54,326 bases of DNA, from the NCBI GenBank assembly GCA_046595595.1, contig JBKJOK010000184.1:1-54326 (forward strand), given 5' to 3'. The position numbers and the translations under genes were made by a program. The notes below the pieces were generated by a model. It was not told the DNA's origin. It did no database searches and worked only from the letters and a program-made list of their open reading frames with translations. Positions 11,028-18,389 of this stretch are shown one piece after another. Within the stretch, counting starts at the first letter, position 1. The number at the start of each line of letters is the position of its first letter. Source of the stretch: Candidatus Limnocylindrales bacterium. GTDB lineage: Bacteria > Chloroflexota > Limnocylindria > Limnocylindrales > CSP1-4.

Positions 11028-12230
11028 ATGGCCACCCTCGCGGGGCTGTTCGGCATCATCGGCCGATTTGCCGGCAAGCTCCTGACGACGACGCTCGGCT
11101 GGGCGTCGAGCCTGCTGTTCGGGCGGGTGCCCCAGGATCGCCAGATCATCCTCGCCCTGATCACGTTTGGATCGGTGGTGTGGGCGGCCCTCCTGTTCGG
11201 CATCCTCGTCCCGGAGCTCGGAGCGTTCCTCGTGGCGGCCGTGCCCGCCCCGGACGTCGTCGATCGCGGCTGGCTCCGCCTCGCGATGCTGATCGGCGCA
11301 ATCGTCGTCCCGATCGTCGTCGGGGTCGCGACGCTCTTCGTCGTCGACCCGACGAGTCGGCCGCACGGCACGGCGCTGGTCGGCCAGATCGTGCGCGGCT
11401 ACCCGCTCTGCGCGGCCCTGGCCCTGACCCTCGTGATCCTGGCCGGCGTCGGGATCGCGCGGTTTGTCCATCACCGGGCGATCGGCTGGACGGACGCCCA
11501 TGTGCCGATCGTCGTCCGGCCGGGTGGCTACGATCGGGTCGTGGCGGACCTCGAGGCGGCCCTCGACGACGCTGGCTTCGCGCTTGATCGTCGGCCGGCG
11601 CCGCTGCCGCTTGCGCTCCCTGGCCGGATGCTGGGCCGGATCGCCGGGCCTTCCATCCGGGCGCTCGTCCCGGACCGGCCGGTCGAGCTCGTCGGGCAGG
11701 ACATCGCGATCGGCCTGTATCCGTCGGACATCGCGATCGCCGGCAAGAAGTTCGCAGTCGCCCGGGCACGTGCGGCGATCGCCACCCGGCTGACCTCGAC
11801 GGCAGCCTCGATGACCACGTCGGCGGAGGCCCAGGAGGTCGAGGCGCAGCTCGAGGCCCTGACCCGGCCACGGGCGGCCGGCGCCCAGCCCGGATCGGAC
11901 GGGCCGGTCGATCTCGTTGCGGCAGGTGCCGCCCTGGCTGCCATTGATACCCGGCTGGCCACGATCGAGGTGTCCCACGAGGAATGGGAGATCCTGTATC
12001 GACAGCGTCTCCAGGTGGAGCGCGACCTGCTCGCGGGCCGTTCGCCCGGGAGCGTCCAGCCGACCGAGGCCGGCTCGCCACTCGGTGCCTCGGTCGCACG
12101 CAGCGAGGTCGCCCATGTCGTCTCGCGCAAGCGGCGTGTCGCCGGGCAGGTCGTGGCGATCGTCGGTTTCGGGCTGATCGCGGCCGATGTCGTGGTCGCC
12201 GCTCTCGATCGCGGGCGCCGCCGCCGCTGA
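11028..12230 (+). CDS. membrane protein of unknown function (N-terminal multi-TM block, soluble middle domain, coiled-coil, C-terminal TM)
   Basis: ATG 11028 lies 3 nt after the TopIB stop. About 5 TM segments in the first 160 aa. C-terminal TM is VAGQVVAIVGFGLIAADVVVAAL. High GC3. No family recognised. Confidence 0.6.
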   Translation: MATLAGLFGIIGRFAGKLLTTTLGWASSLLFGRVPQDRQIILALITFGSVVWAALLFGILVPELGAFLVAAVPAPDVVDRGWLRLAMLIGAIVVPIVVGVATLFVVDPTSRPHGTALVGQIVRGYPLCAALALTLVILAGVGIARFVHHRAIGWTDAHVPIVVRPGGYDRVVADLEAALDDAGFALDRRPAPLPLALPGRMLGRIAGPSIRALVPDRPVELVGQDIAIGLYPSDIAIAGKKFAVARARAAIATRLTSTAASMTTSAEAQEVEAQLEALTRPRAAGAQPGSDGPVDLVAAGAALAAIDTRLATIEVSHEEWEILYRQRLQVERDLLAGRSPGSVQPTEAGSPLGASVARSEVAHVVSRKRRVAGQVVAIVGFGLIAADVVVAALDRGRRRR

Positions 12231-12303
12231 CCGAGGAACCCGCCGCGCCGCGCCGCGCCGGCGCAAGCTCCGGCGGCGGCTCGGACCCTGACCGTCAGCC
12301 GCG

Positions 12304-13449
12304 CTAGTTCATCTTCAGAGCGAACCCGAATTCGACGCCGCCGAGCCCGTCGTCCCGATTGCCGGCCCACGTCCGGCCGCCCATCGCCTCGATGAGGTGT
12401 CGGCACACGAACGGTCCGATGCCGGCTCCGGCGAGCCGTCCGACGGCCGCCGGATCGGGCAGCTCGAACGCCCGTTCCAGCTCGACCTCGCCAAGGGCCG
12501 GTCCGCGATCGCGGACGATCACGGCAACCTCGTCCGCCGCGTGGTCCACTCGCAGCTCGACCTGAAGCGGTCGGTCCGGGGCGGGGCCGGCGAATCGGAG
12601 GGAGGTCATGACCAGGTTGCGACAGGCCTGCTCCACATAGGTCGAGTCCCCGTGGACTGCCGGCGCGTAGCTGGGTCCGATCCGCTCGATGGTTGCACCC
12701 GGGGCGCGGTCGCCGGCCATGCGGACGGTCGAATCGACTGCCCGGTGGAGCAGGACCGGCTCGTCGAGCGGGTCGAGCACCTGGCGCTCCAGGCGGGCCA
12801 GCACGAGCAGGTCCTCGACGAGGTCGTACAGGCGGGCCGCTTCGGCGCTGATGTCCCGGGCGAGGACCTGCGATGCCGGCTGGGCCAGCGCCGGCCGCCT
12901 GGCAAGGACCGACGAGCCGGCGTAGATCGTGGTGATCGGCGTGCGCAGCTCGTGGGACAGGACCGCGAGGAAGGCCTCGCGCTCGGGCTGCAGGTCGCGG
13001 CTGTCTGTGACATCGCGGAGCACGAAGACGGTCTGCCCGTCGCCGCTGTCGTCGCCGGAAGCGGTTTCGGGACCGCCTGCCGCGCCCCCGTCCAGGGGGA
13101 TCGTCCGGAGTGCGTACCAGCGGTTGGGCCGGTGCCGCGACCGGACCGTGACCGGGCGCTGATCCGTGGTGCCTGGGACCTCGCCGGATCGGCGCCGATG
13201 ACGATCGGGGGTGATCACCTCGAAGCGGGAGAGCAGATCCGCCCGATCGTGGATGGGCTGGCCCGCGAACAGCTGGTCCGCCGCCGGGTTCGTCAAGCGC
13301 AGTCCCCCGTCGTCGTCCATGACGAACACGGCTTCAGGCAGGGCGTCGATCACGGCTCGAACGCGGCCCAGGTCGGCGACCCCGGCAGCGACGGCGGGAT
13401 CGGTCGGCCGAGGTTGGGGCGGGCTGGCTGGCTGGGTCTGGTCAAGCAT
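12304..13449 (-). CDS. cytoplasmic PAS-domain sensor histidine kinase with a degenerate N-box and G1-box
   Basis: PAS region VIDALPEAVFVMDDDGGLRLTNPAADQLF. H-box SHELRTPITTIYAG. ATPase region YVEQACRNLVMTSLRF...VRDRGPAL...GAGIGPFVC. Start chosen at MLDQTQ (ATG 13449), because further upstream the frame collides with the CsbD gene. Confidence 0.8.
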   Translation of the reverse strand: MLDQTQPASPPQPRPTDPAVAAGVADLGRVRAVIDALPEAVFVMDDDGGLRLTNPAADQLFAGQPIHDRADLLSRFEVITPDRHRRRSGEVPGTTDQRPVTVRSRHRPNRWYALRTIPLDGGAAGGPETASGDDSGDGQTVFVLRDVTDSRDLQPEREAFLAVLSHELRTPITTIYAGSSVLARRPALAQPASQVLARDISAEAARLYDLVEDLLVLARLERQVLDPLDEPVLLHRAVDSTVRMAGDRAPGATIERIGPSYAPAVHGDSTYVEQACRNLVMTSLRFAGPAPDRPLQVELRVDHAADEVAVIVRDRGPALGEVELERAFELPDPAAVGRLAGAGIGPFVCRHLIEAMGGRTWAGNRDDGLGGVEFGFALKMN

Positions 13450-13570
13450 GCGGTTCAAAGCATCGTTCGTGTGGTTCGACGGCTGGCTCCCATCCTCGGG
13501 CGGACACGTTGCGGGTCCATCGCAGGGTCGGACTGTGGGCGCGGCAGGTCGTCCGGCCCGGGACAGGGCG

Positions 13571-13598
13571 ACGCCCCCGTCGAGGGCGACGGGGGCGT
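13571..13598 (-). terminator. GC-rich hairpin downstream of the CsbD gene (12-bp stem, no U-tract)
   Basis: ACGCCCCCGTCG-AGGG-CGACGGGGGCGT, 27 nt past the CsbD stop. Confidence 0.4.
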
Positions 13599-13624
13599 AC
13601 CCGGTGCGCAGGAGCGGCCGACGC

Positions 13625-13822
13625 TCAGTGAGAGTGGTCGTCGGAGTTTCGGCGGACCTCGTCACCCGCGTTGCCCAGGGTGTCGCGGATGTCGTCGCCC
13701 ACGTTGGCGACCTTGTCGGACAGGCTCTCCTCGCCGTCCGCCTTGCGCCACGTCTCCTTGGCCTCGTTGCCGACGTCGCGGGCACCGTGCTTGATGTCGG
13801 CCTTCGCGTCTTCGTAACCCAT
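13625..13822 (-). CDS. CsbD-like general stress protein
   Basis: 65 aa. MGYEDAKADIKHGARDVGNEAKETWRKADGEESLSDKVANVGDDIRDTLGNAGDEV resembles the CsbD charged-repeat pattern. GGAGG lies 7 nt upstream of the ATG. Confidence 0.65.
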   Translation of the reverse strand: MGYEDAKADIKHGARDVGNEAKETWRKADGEESLSDKVANVGDDIRDTLGNAGDEVRRNSDDHSH

Positions 13823-14054
13823 CGTGGAACCTCCGGGGGTGGTGGACCGATGGTCCGGTCCGCTGTCTCGAACGTAACGCGATCGGCGTTGCGCGAGCCT
13901 CCGCGGACCGCTGCCCGAGTGTCAGCGCGCTTGCAGTCGCGGCTGTCACGTCCCTGCAACCGGGTCCGGTCCGGCGGATGGCCGGCTGCTGCCCGCTGCG
14001 GCATACGGTGAGGCCATCACTCTCGACCCAACTCGACATCGGAGGTACCCCCAC

Positions 14055-14423
14055 ATGGCCACCACGACGAACGGCTCGACGACCTCGAGCGCAACGACCC
14101 TCGCCGACGAGGCGAGCGACCTCGCGACGACCGCCCGGGGCATCGCCAGCGATGTCGCCGACAAGGCCGTCGCCGCAGCCCAGCGCCTGCCCGAGGCCGC
14201 CAGCGCCACGGGCGTCCAGCTCGAGAAGGCCAATCAGATCATCCGGAGCGAGTCCGACGAAGTGCTCGCGGTCGGAACGTCGCTCTCGCTCGGCATGGCG
14301 ATCGGCCTGCTGCTCGGTGGCGCGAACCGCCTCCTGGTGATCCTGGCCCTTGTCCCGGCAACCGCGATGGGCCTGACCCTCTTCGATCGCCACAACGGAA
14401 CGCGGCCGACCCGCCCCCGTTGA
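14055..14423 (+). CDS. tail-anchored small membrane protein, unknown function (Ala/Thr-rich helical N-terminal region, C-terminal TMs)
   Basis: ATG 14055 preceded by GGAGG. High GC3. TM segments LAVGTSLSLGMAIGLLLGG and LVILALVPATAMGLTLF. Followed by a strong terminator. Confidence 0.55.
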   Translation: MATTTNGSTTSSATTLADEASDLATTARGIASDVADKAVAAAQRLPEAASATGVQLEKANQIIRSESDEVLAVGTSLSLGMAIGLLLGGANRLLVILALVPATAMGLTLFDRHNGTRPTRPR

Positions 14424-14454
14424 CCCGCGGCCGCCGAGCGGCGGACGGACCACT

Positions 14455-14484
14455 GAAGCCGGTCGGCGCATGCCGACCGGCTTC
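14455..14484 (+). terminator. rho-independent-type terminator hairpin
   Basis: GAAGCCGGTCGGC-GCAT-GCCGACCGGCTTC (13-bp perfect stem) followed by TTCAT, 31 nt after the stop at 14423. Confidence 0.6.
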
Positions 14485-14527
14485 TTCATGGGCAGGGGAT
14501 CCGCCGAATTGGTTCCGGACATGCGGA

Positions 14528-14554
14528 ACGCCCGGAGGAGGGGGCTCCGGGCGT
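14528..14554. other. perfect 10-bp hairpin of unknown role in a gene-free spacer
   Basis: ACGCCCGGAG-GAGGGGG-CTCCGGGCGT. On the minus strand the loop reads CCCCCUC. Confidence 0.4.
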
Positions 14555-14912
14555 CCGCGGGGATCGAGGTGAAGGCGCCCCGTCACAAGCGCCCCCACAC
14601 GGGTGTGATCAAGTGTCCGACCCGGCGGACGAACCGTCGAGCGTGCGGTGAAGGTAACTCTCGATCCGAACCCTCGATGTCACATTCGACGCTTGCGACC
14701 TTGCATCCGCATGTCGAAGGCGATCGCGTTCTGGACCGGCAGGATGAGGCATCGCGCGGCAGAGGGGGGTGATCGGGAATTGCGGGCTCCCGGACCCCCA
14801 GTGGTCAGAAGCCCGCGACATCAGTCTCGGGGCCGGTCGCTGTCGGGAGCGTCACCAAAGTCGGGCGGGAGGTTGCATCCGCCTCTTGCCCGCATTGCAG
14901 CCGGCCTCGCGC

Positions 14913-15260
14913 TCAGCCCATCGCGTCGGCCGTCAGGATCTCCAGGACCGCGTCGCGCAGGTCACGGGCGGTCGAGTCGCAGCGTGTCGGCCCAGGCGTC
15001 GCCGCGCGCGGGCCGATCAGGACGGTCCGCAGGCCCGGCTGGCGACCTCCGCAGGCCGCCGGATCCGCGGTCACGAACCAGGAGCCCTTGGGCGGTTCGT
15101 CGGGCAGGGCAGGAATCCGGGCCGCAAGCGCCATGTCGCCGGGTTCAACGTTCCGGGTGGTCACGAGGACGAGATCGTGGCCAGCTTCGACAAGGTGACC
15201 GAGGCGGTCGACGGCATCGGAGCCGGCCACCGCGGAGGGATCGAGATAGATCGTGGTCAT
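14913..15260 (-). CDS. hypothetical protein, possibly a short HAD-like fold
   Basis: ATG 15260 (MTTIYLDPSAVAGSDAVDRLGHLVEAGHDLVLVT...). Moderately high GC3. The upstream part of ORF 14913..15371 looks non-coding. Family assignment is weak. Confidence 0.4.
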   Translation of the reverse strand: MTTIYLDPSAVAGSDAVDRLGHLVEAGHDLVLVTTRNVEPGDMALAARIPALPDEPPKGSWFVTADPAACGGRQPGLRTVLIGPRAATPGPTRCDSTARDLRDAVLEILTADAMG

Positions 15261-15425
15261 GGATCGACCGTATCTCCGGTCGGACGCCAGCCGGCCCACG
15301 CCCCGGTCTCGGGCCGTTGCAGGCGACTGGCAATGGCCGTCGTCGCTCGGAGGACGCCCCGTCCCGGACACGACGACGCCGGCGGCCCGTGGCGGGCTGC
15401 CGGCGTCCCAGGGTTCACGGCTCGA

Positions 15426-15887
15426 TCAGGTGTTGGTCTGGTCGACCTCACCGCGCCACGCCCCGGTGGCCGTGCCGCGCTCCTCGATGAACGCCTTGAA
15501 GCGCTCCATATCGCCCTTGACTCGGCCCTTGACCAGGCCGAGCGCGTCCCCGATGTTCTCGATCGGGCCCTCCGGATCGACGTCCAGCTGGAGCGTCACC
15601 CGGCTCTTGCCCTCGTCAAGGCGGTGGAACGTGACGACGCCCGCGTTGTGTGCGCCTTCGGTCGCCGTCCAGGCGATCCGCTGGTCGGGCTCCTGCTCGG
15701 TGATCTTCGCCTTCCAGGTCTTCTCCTTGCCCGCGACGCTGGCGACCCACTCGAGGGTCGTGTCGTCGAGCTGGCGAACGGACTTCACGCCGTCCATGAA
15801 CTTCGGGAACGTCTCGAACTGGGTCCACTGGTCATAGGCCGTCTTGACGGGGACCTCGACGTCGATGGCCTCGAGGATCTCGGACAT
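15426..15887 (-). CDS. SRPBCC-family (polyketide cyclase/dehydrase-like) protein
   Basis: IDVEVPVKTAYDQWTQFETFPKFMDGVKSVRQLDDTTLEWVA...GKEKTWKAKITEQEPDQRIAW is typical of cyclase/dehydrase SRPBCC stress proteins. AAGGAG lies upstream of the ATG. Confidence 0.85.
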   Translation of the reverse strand: MSEILEAIDVEVPVKTAYDQWTQFETFPKFMDGVKSVRQLDDTTLEWVASVAGKEKTWKAKITEQEPDQRIAWTATEGAHNAGVVTFHRLDEGKSRVTLQLDVDPEGPIENIGDALGLVKGRVKGDMERFKAFIEERGTATGAWRGEVDQTNT

Positions 15888-15920
15888 GTGCGACTCCTTT
15901 CGGGAGCGAGCGGAGAATCG

Positions 15921-15947
15921 GAACGCCCACCGTGGTGGTGGGCGTCC
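15921..15947 (-). terminator. hairpin downstream of the GlsB/YmgE gene
   Basis: ACGCCCACC-GTGGT-GGTGGGCGT (9-bp stem), 46 nt past the stop at 15993. The U-tract is weak. Confidence 0.4.
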
Positions 15948-15992
15948 GATGGGCAGGAGCGGAGCATCGGGCCCCGCGAACGAGGCGCTGGG

Positions 15993-16274
15993 TCAGACCG
16001 CGCCGCGGCCCGACCGGCTCCGGCCGGTGACCATGTTCACGACGATCACGGTCAGGACCGCGCCGATGGTGGCGACGACAATCGAGCTGATGTCGAACGC
16101 GCCGTCGATCGGCTTGGTGTTGAAGATGGCGCTGGCCAGGAAGCCACCGACGAGCGCGCCGATGATCCCGAGGACGATGTGGCCGATGACGCCGAGACCT
16201 TCGTCGCCCTTGACGAGGAATCCGGCGAGATAGCCGGCGATCGCGCCGAGGATCAGCCAGGAGATGATGTTCAT
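15993..16274 (-). CDS. GlsB/YeaQ/YmgE-family stress-response membrane protein
   Basis: MNIISWLILGAIAGYLAGFLV...GVIGHIVLGIIGALVGGFL is the canonical family N-terminus. ATG 16274 preceded by GGAGG. Confidence 0.85.
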   Translation of the reverse strand: MNIISWLILGAIAGYLAGFLVKGDEGLGVIGHIVLGIIGALVGGFLASAIFNTKPIDGAFDISSIVVATIGAVLTVIVVNMVTGRSRSGRGAV

Positions 16275-16675
16275 GAGAGTGGACCTCCATCCCGAATTTG
16301 AGTCCCGAAGCCGGGAACGAGGTGGATGATCCATCGGGCATACCGCCGGATCGGCAACGGCGACGGCCTTCCCCGTTGCAACGGAATGTCAGCCGGACCA
16401 GGCTCGCCGTCGTGGCGAGCCGGACCTGGCGAGCCGGATAGACGAATGCGGCGCTCCGCCGACATCGTCGTCTCGGCAAGCACCGCATCGTCTGACTGGT
16501 GGCTCGCGTCCGGCTGGGCCGGCCGCGAGCTCGATCCCCGATCGCCGCGTCGTTGAAGGGTCTCCTCCCGACGGCGTCGGAGCCGATTCGCAGGATCGGC
16601 GATGCGGGCTTGCAGCGGGGCGCGACCCGAGCCGATCCGCATGTCGCCCGCATTGCACCGTGTGGACCCGAACAT

Positions 16676-16711
16676 GAAAACGCCCCCGGATCCGAGGGGA
16701 TCCGGGGGCGT
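16676..16711 (-). terminator. rho-independent terminator of the lipoprotein gene
   Basis: Minus strand ACGCCCCCGGATCC-CCTC-GGATCCGGGGGCGT (14-bp stem) followed by UUUU, 13 nt after the stop at 16724. Confidence 0.7.
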
Positions 16712-16723
16712 CGCGTTGGCGCG

Positions 16724-16918
16724 TCAGGAAGCGCTGGGCATCGCCGACATCATCGGGTCGGCCGACATCATCGGGTCGGCCGACATCATGTCGCTGGCGG
16801 CCGGCGTTGACGGGGTGACCGACGCGGGGCTCGTCGTCGCGGCCGGGGTGTTGCAGGCCAGGACGGCGCCGCCGAGCGAGGCGGCCAGGGCCAGGGCAAG
16901 CAGAATTCGCTTGAACAT
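16724..16918 (-). CDS. small secreted lipoprotein with a C-terminal Met-rich tandem repeat
   Basis: MFKRILLALALAASLGGAVLAC has a signal peptide plus a lipobox-like VLAC. The mature tail is DMMSADPMMSADPMMSAMP. ATG 16918 lies 12 nt after GGAGGA. Confidence 0.6.
   Translation of the reverse strand: MFKRILLALALAASLGGAVLACNTPAATTSPASVTPSTPAASDMMSADPMMSADPMMSAMPSAS
16743..16793. repeat. 18-bp tandem repeat (about 2.8 copies) inside the lipoprotein gene
   Basis: GCCGACATCATCGGGTCG occurs twice, followed by a partial GCCGACATCATGTCG. It encodes the (M)MSADP repeats. Confidence 0.85.
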
Positions 16919-17283
16919 GGTGGGAAGGTCCTCCATTGGTCGGGGTGCCGGCGGTTCCGCTCACCTCACACGTGGCTCGCGGGCCGCGTCGGGACGGACC
17001 ATACGAAGGGCGCCCGTACGGCCGGGTGACGCTCGACCTGAAGTCCGTTGCATGCGTCTCGCAGCCTTTGGAGCCTCGGCCGCGACGCCCCGGACGAGTG
17101 CAATGACCGTGAAAGGAGCCAGCCCCGGCGGCATCTGTCGCTGGCACCGTCGCCCTGACACGCTGCGCTCACAACGGCGGCACCTCCCCATTCCGGTGGT
17201 GTCGTCGACCAGATCAAGCGTCCCCAGATCGGCCGCACGCGACCGTCCCGACCGGCCGAGCCAACGAGAAAGGAGTCACATCG

Positions 17284-17409
17284 ATGTTCCGGCAGACGGC
17301 TCTCCCGACCACCGAGTCCGATGTCGAAGATCACTCGATGCGCGTCGTCGAATGGGCGATGGCGCTCATCGCGGTCGTCACCGCGGGGATCCTCGCCCTC
17401 GTCCGTTGA
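17284..17409 (+). CDS. 41-codon small ORF (single TM) translationally coupled to corA
   Basis: Found by hand; it is below the track's size cut-off. AAGGAG lies 9 nt upstream of ATG 17284. Product MFRQTALPTTESDVEDHSMRVVEWAMALIAVVTAGILALVR. 35 of 41 codons end in G or C. TGA ends at 17409 and the corA ATG is at 17412. Confidence 0.4.
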   Translation: MFRQTALPTTESDVEDHSMRVVEWAMALIAVVTAGILALVR

Positions 17410-17411
17410 CC

Positions 17412-18362
17412 ATGCGTGCCGTCCTGTACGACGCGAAAGGCCAGGATCGCGAGGTCGACCTGGTCGACGACACGGTCAAGGTCGACAAGGATCGCCTGCT
17501 CTGGATCGACATCGACGGCCGTGATCCCGACGACCTCGCTCGAGCGGGGGCCGCGATCGGCCTCGAGGGCAAGGGTCTCCGGCGCCTCGGCCGGGTGGAC
17601 CGCCGGGCTCGCCTCCTGCGCCTGCCCGACCGGCTCGTCCTGACCCTCGGGACCGTCGAGCCCGATGACCCCGAGGCCGTCCGTCACGAGCTGGACATCG
17701 TCCTCGGCGCCAATCACATCGTCACCGTCCACGACGGGCCGCACTCGGCGGTCGACGAGTTCCGCAAGGAGATCGATCACGAGGAACTCGTCGGGAGACT
17801 CGATTCGGCGGCCTTCGTCGCCGGCCTGGTCGACTCGATCCTCACGGCCTATTTCCGCCAGCTCGAGGCGATCGAGCGCGACATCGATGCGCTCGATGAG
17901 GTGGCCGTCCGGAATCGCGCCGACGCGAGCTTCCTCGAGACCGTCGTGACGCTCCGGCGACGAATCGCCCGCCTCCGCCGGGCCCTCGCCCCGAACCGCG
18001 AGGCGCTCCTCCCCCTCGAGCGCCCCGACGTCGCCCTCACGTCCGATCTCGGGGCGGTCTGGCCGGGCATCGCCCAGCGCCTGGAACGGGCCATCGACGG
18101 GGTCGAGAATGCGCGCGAGCTGCTCGTCGGCTCGTTCGACCTCTATCTCGGGCGGTCCTCGCAGCGCACGAACGACGTGATGAAGATCCTGACCCTCGTG
18201 TCGGCGATCGCCCTGCCCGGGATTGTGCTCGCGGGGGTCATGGGCATGAACTTCGAGATGACGTTCTTCGACGACCCGAACAACTTCTTCGTCGTCGCCG
18301 GGGCGATGGTCGGGTTCGCGGTCGTGATCCTGACGATCGCCCGCTGGCGATCCTGGATCTGA
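17412..18362 (+). CDS. corA: CorA-family magnesium/cobalt transporter
   Basis: C-terminal ...ALPGIVLAGVMGMNFE... (GMN motif) followed by a second TM. N-terminal alpha/beta and coiled-coil region. ATG 17412 within ORF 16602..18362. Confidence 0.9.
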   Translation: MRAVLYDAKGQDREVDLVDDTVKVDKDRLLWIDIDGRDPDDLARAGAAIGLEGKGLRRLGRVDRRARLLRLPDRLVLTLGTVEPDDPEAVRHELDIVLGANHIVTVHDGPHSAVDEFRKEIDHEELVGRLDSAAFVAGLVDSILTAYFRQLEAIERDIDALDEVAVRNRADASFLETVVTLRRRIARLRRALAPNREALLPLERPDVALTSDLGAVWPGIAQRLERAIDGVENARELLVGSFDLYLGRSSQRTNDVMKILTLVSAIALPGIVLAGVMGMNFEMTFFDDPNNFFVVAGAMVGFAVVILTIARWRSWI

Positions 18363-18389
18363 GCTCGGCCGGAGTCGGCCCCGGGGCCG

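Noticed and set aside
13450-14004. N-terminal extension of the PAS kinase ORF up to 14004 (566-aa version in the track).
   Set aside because: The extension runs through the oppositely framed CsbD gene, which has its own SD site, and through a terminator hairpin. The extension sequence is Arg/Pro/Thr-rich with no domain. I use the first ATG after the hairpin, MLDQTQ at 13449.
14528-14554. 6C-RNA-like hairpin with a C-rich loop (CCCCCUC on the minus strand).
   Set aside because: 6C RNA has two adjacent stem-loops with C-rich loops. I could find only one convincing hairpin here. It is kept as an unexplained hairpin, not called as an ncRNA.
16937-17283. Possible Mg-sensing M-box riboswitch or another leader RNA upstream of corA.
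   Set aside because: I read the 347-bp region on the plus strand and could not find the conserved M-box core as I remember it (for example the AGGUGAGG-type segment). Only generic GC-rich pairings are visible. An Infernal/Rfam scan would be decisive.
18363-18389. The GGCCCCGGGGCC palindrome between the convergent corA and kinase stops, as a bidirectional terminator.
   Set aside because: It is only a 6-bp self-complementary stem with no loop or U-tract, too weak to call.
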